Under the pieces are notes generated by a model. The model made no database searches, was not told the origin of the DNA, and worked only from the letters and a program-made list of their open reading frames with translations. The translations under genes were made by a program, and so were the position numbers. From assembly GCA_027251445.1 (NCBI GenBank), contig JAPNQO010000064.1:1-22633 (forward strand): a stretch of DNA of 22,633 bases, in the 5' to 3' direction. Shown here piece after piece: positions 16,969 through 22,633 of the stretch (positions are counted from its first letter, which is position 1; the number at the start of each line of letters is the position of its first letter). Source of the stretch: Fidelibacterota bacterium. Lineage in GTDB: Bacteria; Fidelibacterota; Marinisomatia; Marinisomatales; TCS55.

Positions 16969-19032
16969 ATGAGAAGATTTTTTATATCATGTTTTCTACT
17001 TACTTCATTTGTATTTGCGCAAGATATTCGTGTAAAGTATAAAACACTGCAATTAAGTTATATGACAACCGACCGCGTAGGTGGTATTTTAAAGTCTTTA
17101 GGATATGCCGTAGTGGATTTTGAAAAAAGTCCGGGAGTTAACCCTAATGAAAGCATTTTAACTCCAACAGGAGATTTTGCGGATGTACTTATTAATGGAA
17201 TGGTTAATGAAGATGATTACGATGCTTTACCATTAGTCATACTTCTTCCTGAAACAGATAATATAACCTTACTGGAAATGCAAGGTGCTGTCAGTGAAAA
17301 AGGAGCCGAAATGGGCGTAGATTTAGGTGGTTCTTCCCTTGTGTTCTCAACTAGTGGTGAACCATTGCAACGGTTACTCATTGCCTATGATCCGGATAAT
17401 TCTGAAGATTTAAAAGAATTAGTATCTGTAATAACAAATCAACTTGATGTTGCTGCGAAACAGATCATGATTGAAGCATTAGTTGTGGAGATCGATGCTA
17501 ACAAGACCAATACTTTGGGTGTGAATTTTTCAAATTCTGGTAGTATGTATTCATCATCCTTCCCAGAACCAGATCAAGCTACTGGTAATTTTGAACCTTT
17601 TACTTTTATCATGGATAAAGGATTAATTGGTAGCACATTAGAAATGAATGCAAAATTAGAAAAATTAATTAGTGATCAAACCTCTGAAATTTTATCTCGT
17701 CCTTCTGTTCTTGTTCTAGATGGTCGACAAGCACGTATTGTTGTAGGGCAACAGATACCCATCGCTCGCAGCACTGCAACGGGTCAAAATGTAGTTTCCG
17801 CTACGGAATATATCCCCATTGGTATTGTATTAAATCTTCGTCCAAGGATTAGTAGTGATGGAAATGAAATCACCATGCAGGTAGAAACTATTATAAGTGA
17901 AGCCCAAGAACGTGTTGGTGTTGGAAGCGTTGGTGGTGATGTATTATCTGCACCTACTTTTTCTAGTCGAAAAGTACAAACATATGTACAGGTAGAAAAT
18001 AACACACCTTTCATTATTGGTGGTTTAATATCCCATAAAGATACTCGACAAGAAAATGAATTCCCTATTTTAGGCCGAATTCCCATTTTAGGTAGTTTAT
18101 TAGGTTTTAATAAAACAGTACGAGCAAATAAAGAGGTGATTGTTGTAATTACCCCGCATATTGTTGACGTTGGATCTGGTAGTTTTGCACATGTGATCCC
18201 AAAAGATATTGATATTCTTAACCACTGGGGTAACAAGTTATTCCAAGATAGTTATCGTTTAAGAAATACGGATTTATATGATTTAGGTTTTTATGAAAAT
18301 ACGTCTTTTTATAATAGTGTTTTAGAACGTGCTAGTAATATTACACAAGAGAGCGCCGTTGCTGCTGCAAATGAAGAATTAACAGAATTTGTAAATGGTT
18401 CTGTTCCCGGTGAAGGTGTACTCATTCGTAGAATGCTATATGATGTAATTGAAAATGAGAATTATTATAAATATATCGAGCCTGAAAAGGTAATATTTTT
18501 TGGTAAAATATCAGATAACAAAGGAAATGCAGTTGTCGATATGCAAAACTTTGGAGAAATATATCGAAATTATTTAAAACGGTTTAAGCAATCCGATGGT
18601 TTAGCATTACAATTTGAATCAACGGAAAGTGTGGAATTTGCAGATGATTATCCGCTTCGACCCGTCGCAAATATTAATCGATATGAAGCCACTGGAAGCT
18701 ATAAAAACACATTAAGAGAATTAAATAATGACTCAAGTTTTGGATATTCTATTTATCTTAAAGAACCAAAACATGAAAGACGGTTATATGAGATTTTAGT
18801 TTTACGCCGTGTCTTGGAAATGAATCCAGGTATTGAGAATAATATAAATTTATTTAAAGCTGGACGTGAGATATTATTTCCTGCGCCTGAATCTCTTGAG
18901 GGAGATGTCCACGTTATTGATAATAAGATAGCAAAATATTTTTATCAGGTTAATTTATTTAATGACGAATTTGATAAAGAATTCGTCGATGGTATAAAAA
19001 ACATATCATCTATTATTCAAGATTATGAATAA
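16969..19032 (+). CDS. Secretin (GspD/PilQ-like type II/III secretion system outer-membrane protein) with long C-terminal extension
   Basis: 'LDVAAKQIMIEALVVE', 'ILSRPSVLVLDGRQARIVVGQQIPI', 'GIVLNLRPRI', 'RKVQTYVQVENNTPFIIGGLI', 'PILGRIPILGSL', 'VIVVITPHIV'; signal peptide VFA|QD. Confidence 0.9.
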   Translation: MRRFFISCFLLTSFVFAQDIRVKYKTLQLSYMTTDRVGGILKSLGYAVVDFEKSPGVNPNESILTPTGDFADVLINGMVNEDDYDALPLVILLPETDNITLLEMQGAVSEKGAEMGVDLGGSSLVFSTSGEPLQRLLIAYDPDNSEDLKELVSVITNQLDVAAKQIMIEALVVEIDANKTNTLGVNFSNSGSMYSSSFPEPDQATGNFEPFTFIMDKGLIGSTLEMNAKLEKLISDQTSEILSRPSVLVLDGRQARIVVGQQIPIARSTATGQNVVSATEYIPIGIVLNLRPRISSDGNEITMQVETIISEAQERVGVGSVGGDVLSAPTFSSRKVQTYVQVENNTPFIIGGLISHKDTRQENEFPILGRIPILGSLLGFNKTVRANKEVIVVITPHIVDVGSGSFAHVIPKDIDILNHWGNKLFQDSYRLRNTDLYDLGFYENTSFYNSVLERASNITQESAVAAANEELTEFVNGSVPGEGVLIRRMLYDVIENENYYKYIEPEKVIFFGKISDNKGNAVVDMQNFGEIYRNYLKRFKQSDGLALQFESTESVEFADDYPLRPVANINRYEATGSYKNTLRELNNDSSFGYSIYLKEPKHERRLYEILVLRRVLEMNPGIENNINLFKAGREILFPAPESLEGDVHVIDNKIAKYFYQVNLFNDEFDKEFVDGIKNISSIIQDYE

Positions 19033-19044
19033 TAAAACTTGATT

Positions 19045-20040
19045 TTACTGCTTCCGAAAGCTTTCCTTATATAAATCTAATTTCTCTTTTTGTCCCATTA
19101 ATATCAGTGTATGATTTTCATTGAGCGTAGTATCTGGATTAGGGTTGATTTCATAGGTATCATCTTCATTTATCAAACCAACAATTACTAAATTATAATT
19201 TTCACGAAAATTTGAATCTTTTATTTGTATTCCATGCAAGTTATGTAAATGTTTTAAACTGATTTCATCAACTGCCAAATCAACAAAATTATGATGTAAT
19301 GATAAAGAAACCGTATCTTCTAATTCAGGATAGATTAACATTTCTGCCATACGATGACCACCAGCAGTATATGGATTGACCACTTTATTTGCTCCCGCCT
19401 GTATTAGTTTTGGTGTATTATTTATTTGACTGCATCGACTCACCAGAAAAGCATCGTGGTTCAATGACCTAGCAGTTAGTGTAACGAACAGATTATCTGG
19501 ATCGTTGTTTAAGCATACTACAATACCGGCCGCCTTGTGGATACCTGCTTCTTCCAGTGTTTTTTCAATCGTAGCGTCGCCTAAAATAGACTGGTAACCA
19601 AGTGCTGATATTTTATCTACCTTATCCTGATCTATTTCCACCACTACAAAAAAATAGTTTTTTTCATGTAATTCTCTTGCAATGACTGCACCCATACGAC
19701 CGTAGCCGCAAATGATATAGTGATTTTTCATCTTTCTAATCTTTCTTTTCTTTTGATTTTCTTTATAAACTCTAAATTCTACAAGTTCAGCGCCAATTTC
19801 TGATAACATATACAAAAATCCACTAACGCCAAAAACGATAATAAAACTAGTCCATAATCGACCTAAATCATTGAGGGGATGAACTTCACCAAATCCGACA
19901 GTTGTAATAGTGAAAATAGTCATATAAAAACTGTCAATTAATGACCATTCATCGCCCCCGATAACGTAAAACCCCACGGTTCCGACTGAAATAAGGACAG
20001 TAAAGTAGGCTATGAATTTTGAGGACTTACTACCAAACAT
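19045..20040 (-). CDS. Potassium channel protein (2TM pore + RCK_N/TrkA-N + RCK_C; MthK/Kch-like)
   Basis: Selectivity filter 'TITTVGFGEV' between two TM helices; Rossmann motif 'HYIICGYGRMG'; 'GDAT', 'AGANKVVNP'. Confidence 0.93.
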   Translation of the reverse strand: MFGSKSSKFIAYFTVLISVGTVGFYVIGGDEWSLIDSFYMTIFTITTVGFGEVHPLNDLGRLWTSFIIVFGVSGFLYMLSEIGAELVEFRVYKENQKKRKIRKMKNHYIICGYGRMGAVIARELHEKNYFFVVVEIDQDKVDKISALGYQSILGDATIEKTLEEAGIHKAAGIVVCLNNDPDNLFVTLTARSLNHDAFLVSRCSQINNTPKLIQAGANKVVNPYTAGGHRMAEMLIYPELEDTVSLSLHHNFVDLAVDEISLKHLHNLHGIQIKDSNFRENYNLVIVGLINEDDTYEINPNPDTTLNENHTLILMGQKEKLDLYKESFRKQ

Positions 20041-20369
20041 TATTCTTTATCTATTTTTTGGACAGAATTTTCTAACCACTGAAGATATGGCCGAGAACCA
20101 TGGTCAATAGGAATTGTGATTAATTCCGGGGTATCATATGAATGCAATGATTCAACAGTATGATAAATATCTTTTTCCCGTTCTTTTGTTGTTTTGATTA
20201 ATAGCAATAATTCCTCGTCATTTTGAATCTGATTCTCCCACTCATAAATAGAATAAACTTTCGGAACTATATTGACACAGGCTGCAAGTTTACTTTGCAC
20301 TAATTCATTGGCAATAACGTAGCCTTCTTCTTTAGTAGAAACGGTTGTAAGTATGATAGCATAATTCAA
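20040..20369 (-). CDS. cutA: Divalent-cation tolerance protein CutA
   Basis: 'LVQSKLAACVNIVP...SIYEWENQIQNDEE.LLLIKT...HSYDTPELITIPIDHG..PYLQWL'. Confidence 0.96.
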   Translation of the reverse strand: MNYAIILTTVSTKEEGYVIANELVQSKLAACVNIVPKVYSIYEWENQIQNDEELLLLIKTTKEREKDIYHTVESLHSYDTPELITIPIDHGSRPYLQWLENSVQKIDKE

Positions 20370-20380
20370 AGTATTCCTAT

Positions 20381-21541
20381 TTAGTATTCTTTAATAATAA
20401 TCTCAGGATATAACCGTCTATATTCTTCTAAAGATATGGATATAGATTTTTTTAGGTTTTGATCAAAAAAGTTACGAATTGTGTTATTCATAATAAAACG
20501 TATGCGATCTGATTCTATAGTACCTGATCCATACTTCTTTGATACTTTACTAAACTGGGAAAAATCTGAAAAATCATAATGGGAAGATCCTTTTACATCC
20601 AATCGTAATGATGAAGAACTATTTAAGGTTGCTAATGTATCTAATTTTAAATAATTAGCTTCTTCTTTCCAGGCAATTTGACCAAGGTGTACAAAAGGTT
20701 TATTCATATCAATATTTATCAAGGAACTGGATATGGGTAAAAACCAAGCATCAAGACCTAATGCAGCATCAATTCTTTTATCTTTTATGGAAGCAACTAC
20801 ACTAGTTGCACCACCAAATGAATGGCCAAAAATTCCAACATTATCTAAATCAAGAATCTTTCTTAGAGGTTGAGGTAAATATTTCCCCTTTTCCATTTCA
20901 TCAAGTAAAAATTGTACGTCACCTACTCTATATCCCAATTGAACTTGCCTAATGCCCCATTTTTCTTTATCCGATAAACTGTCAGGAAGTCCAGTTCTAT
21001 TACGTATAACTCTATTTTCAGGAAAAACAGAGATGCCTGCGTCATAAGTGTGATCACACGAAAAAAGTACATATCCATGACTAGCTAATTCTTCCATTTG
21101 TGTGGTATTTTGTGTTTTGAGCGCACCGTGTCCGTGAGAAAAAATAAGTACAGGAAATACTTTATCCATTGGTGTAGCATTTAACCAGGAATTACCATCA
21201 ATTTTATTGATGGTCCGCATAATTGATTTTGGAATTCCAAAACCTTCAGCTATCACATCTCCTATTAATGTTTCATTGTAATTATAGGGCGCTTTTTTAT
21301 CTTCATCTGCACGTAAGGCAGGATACCAAACGCGAACCATCATTTCTCTTGCACCATTTAAACCATCTTTATACCATGCTGTACGGTCATTATCCACCAT
21401 ATGCATAATTTGGGTGCCTACTTGATATGGGCCAGTAGGTGGAGCAACATCCTCTAATGAAATAGCATGAGAAATAAAAGAAGCGCATGCAGAAAGCCAA
21501 CAAATAGTAACAATCAATGTTATGTGTCTAACTAATTTCAT
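20381..21541 (-). CDS. Alpha/beta hydrolase of the PAF-acetylhydrolase-like family; probable lipoprotein
   Basis: 'PTGPYQVG', 'RE.MVRVWYP', 'FPVLIFSHG', 'ELASHGY', nucleophile elbow 'GHSFGGAT', 'LDAW', 'HYDFSD'. ATG 21541 gives the lipobox WLSA-C. Confidence 0.88.
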   Translation of the reverse strand: MKLVRHITLIVTICWLSACASFISHAISLEDVAPPTGPYQVGTQIMHMVDNDRTAWYKDGLNGAREMMVRVWYPALRADEDKKAPYNYNETLIGDVIAEGFGIPKSIMRTINKIDGNSWLNATPMDKVFPVLIFSHGHGALKTQNTTQMEELASHGYVLFSCDHTYDAGISVFPENRVIRNRTGLPDSLSDKEKWGIRQVQLGYRVGDVQFLLDEMEKGKYLPQPLRKILDLDNVGIFGHSFGGATSVVASIKDKRIDAALGLDAWFLPISSSLINIDMNKPFVHLGQIAWKEEANYLKLDTLATLNSSSSLRLDVKGSSHYDFSDFSQFSKVSKKYGSGTIESDRIRFIMNNTIRNFFDQNLKKSISISLEEYRRLYPEIIIKEY

Positions 21542-21625
21542 TAGAATCAGCAAAAACGCTTGTAGATAATAATTAATTCATAAGCTGAATGACAAAACAA
21601 TTCAATAGAGTTATCTAATAATTAA

Positions 21626-22633
21626 CTATTTAATAGGTGTTTTTTTATTCTCTAAAGCTTCTGCACGTTCTTTAGAAATAGTAAATGTGCTATCCATAGT
21701 ATATGCCATCATATAGTAATTATAGGCAGTTTCAAATTGTTTCATATTTTGCCAATATTCGCCCATGGAGTCATATGGATTTGGATGCATAGCATTATTA
21801 TATATATAATCATCAAATGCTTCTTCCGCCGCTTCCATCTTTCCAAGTCGCATATTGGCATATCCAAGCATATTTAATGAAGGAGCAAAATTAAATCTAT
21901 TCCACATAGTCCTATATATTCCAGCTGCCTTTGCATATTCCTGTTTACTAAATAAGTCTTGTGCTTCCGAAATCATTACAAACGCTTTATTGGGATAATT
22001 AGATTTTAATTTTGCTATTCTGGAAGAGAGATCTGCTTCAGGATTATCCATTCGATATAAATAATATTCAATCATATCCTGTTCATATTGACTAGCAGTG
22101 GACGCCAACCCTTCTGCAATTTTTCTTGCTTCAACACTTCTTGCAGAATCTCCTGGTGTAAATACAAGAAATAAATAAGGCATTGCAAATTCTGGATCAA
22201 TCTGAAGAGCTTTTTCGAATTGTTCCCGAGCTTTATCCCAATGAATATTATAGAACTGCCAGAATCCAGTTGAAAATGCATTAATTGCACTTGTACTATC
22301 CGTAGACCATGCAGTGGGTGTTACCTTATTTCCTGCCTCCTCTTCATCAATTCTCCATATTTTTCTCTTTGAAGAAATGAACTCTGGATCAATAGCTAAT
22401 GCTTTTTGAAAATATTTTTTTGCGTTTTGATTATCTTTCATTTCCAGATAATAATCCCCCATAGAGTCATATGGGTTAGCGAGATCAGGAGCCGCTTTTA
22501 TTTGACGCTCAAACGCATCTTTTGATTCTTCCATTTTCTCTTGACTACTATATAAATATCCAAGAGAATTCAACGCGTCAGAGTTTTCTTTAATTGCTAA
22601 AGATTGTTTGTAATATGCTTCTGCTTTTTCTTC
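21626..22633 (-). CDS. Tetratricopeptide-repeat protein; N-terminus lies beyond the window
   Basis: The frame is open to the window end (EEKAEAYYKQSLAIKENSDALNSLGY...). TPR motifs include 'NPYDSMGDYY...AKKYFQKALAIDPEF' and 'AREQFEKALQIDPEFAMPY'. Confidence 0.88.
   Translation of the reverse strand, partial: EEKAEAYYKQSLAIKENSDALNSLGYLYSSQEKMEESKDAFERQIKAAPDLANPYDSMGDYYLEMKDNQNAKKYFQKALAIDPEFISSKRKIWRIDEEEAGNKVTPTAWSTDSTSAINAFSTGFWQFYNIHWDKAREQFEKALQIDPEFAMPYLFLVFTPGDSARSVEARKIAEGLASTASQYEQDMIEYYLYRMDNPEADLSSRIAKLKSNYPNKAFVMISEAQDLFSKQEYAKAAGIYRTMWNRFNFAPSLNMLGYANMRLGKMEAAEEAFDDYIYNNAMHPNPYDSMGEYWQNMKQFETAYNYYMMAYTMDSTFTISKERAEALENKKTPIK

Noticed and set aside
16969..19032. Secretin as a filamentous-phage pIV marking a prophage
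   Set aside because: No Zot/pI ATPase, replication protein, small coat genes or integrase are nearby.
562..22290. Short ORFs of 61-150 aa overlapping long genes (e.g. 562-753, 849-1091, 1569-1826, 3622-3957, 9609-9983, 16116-16337, 17784-18236)
   Set aside because: They are antisense or alternate-frame shadows of well-supported genes, with no recognisable motifs.
22571..22573. TTG 22573 as the start of the TPR gene
   Set aside because: The frame stays open to 22633 with TPR-like sequence, so the gene is truncated by the window.

Overview
AT-rich bacterial window, probably from the FCB group. Three secreted proteins end in a 'YPNPFN...K' T9SS-type-A/FlgD-Ig-like C-terminal domain; a Candidatus Marinimicrobia/SAR406-like origin is my inference from protein style only. 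Left to right: a 5'-truncated multi-CBM20-like starch-binding protein followed by an inverting-type GH97 alpha-glucosidase; a CRTAC1/FG-GAP protein; a three-gene operon (TlpA thioredoxin, outer-membrane beta-barrel, beta-propeller lipoprotein); an NTF2-like protein; an unusual 1165-aa secreted protein with two PAN/apple-like domains; a DUF+TlpA redoxin; an MXAN_6640-like metalloprotease; a lipoprotein plus an orphan secretin; an alpha/beta-hydrolase-cutA-K+ channel operon; and a truncated TPR protein. The main finding is that the beta-barrel gene probably starts at TTG 6672, not 6846. It encodes a signal peptide, then an in-frame TGA (6750-6752), followed after 11 nt by a GC-rich hairpin with an AGGU loop. 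This fits a bacterial SECIS and suggests a selenocysteine-containing outer-membrane barrel coupled to a thioredoxin. No rRNA, tRNA, CRISPR array or mobile element was seen.
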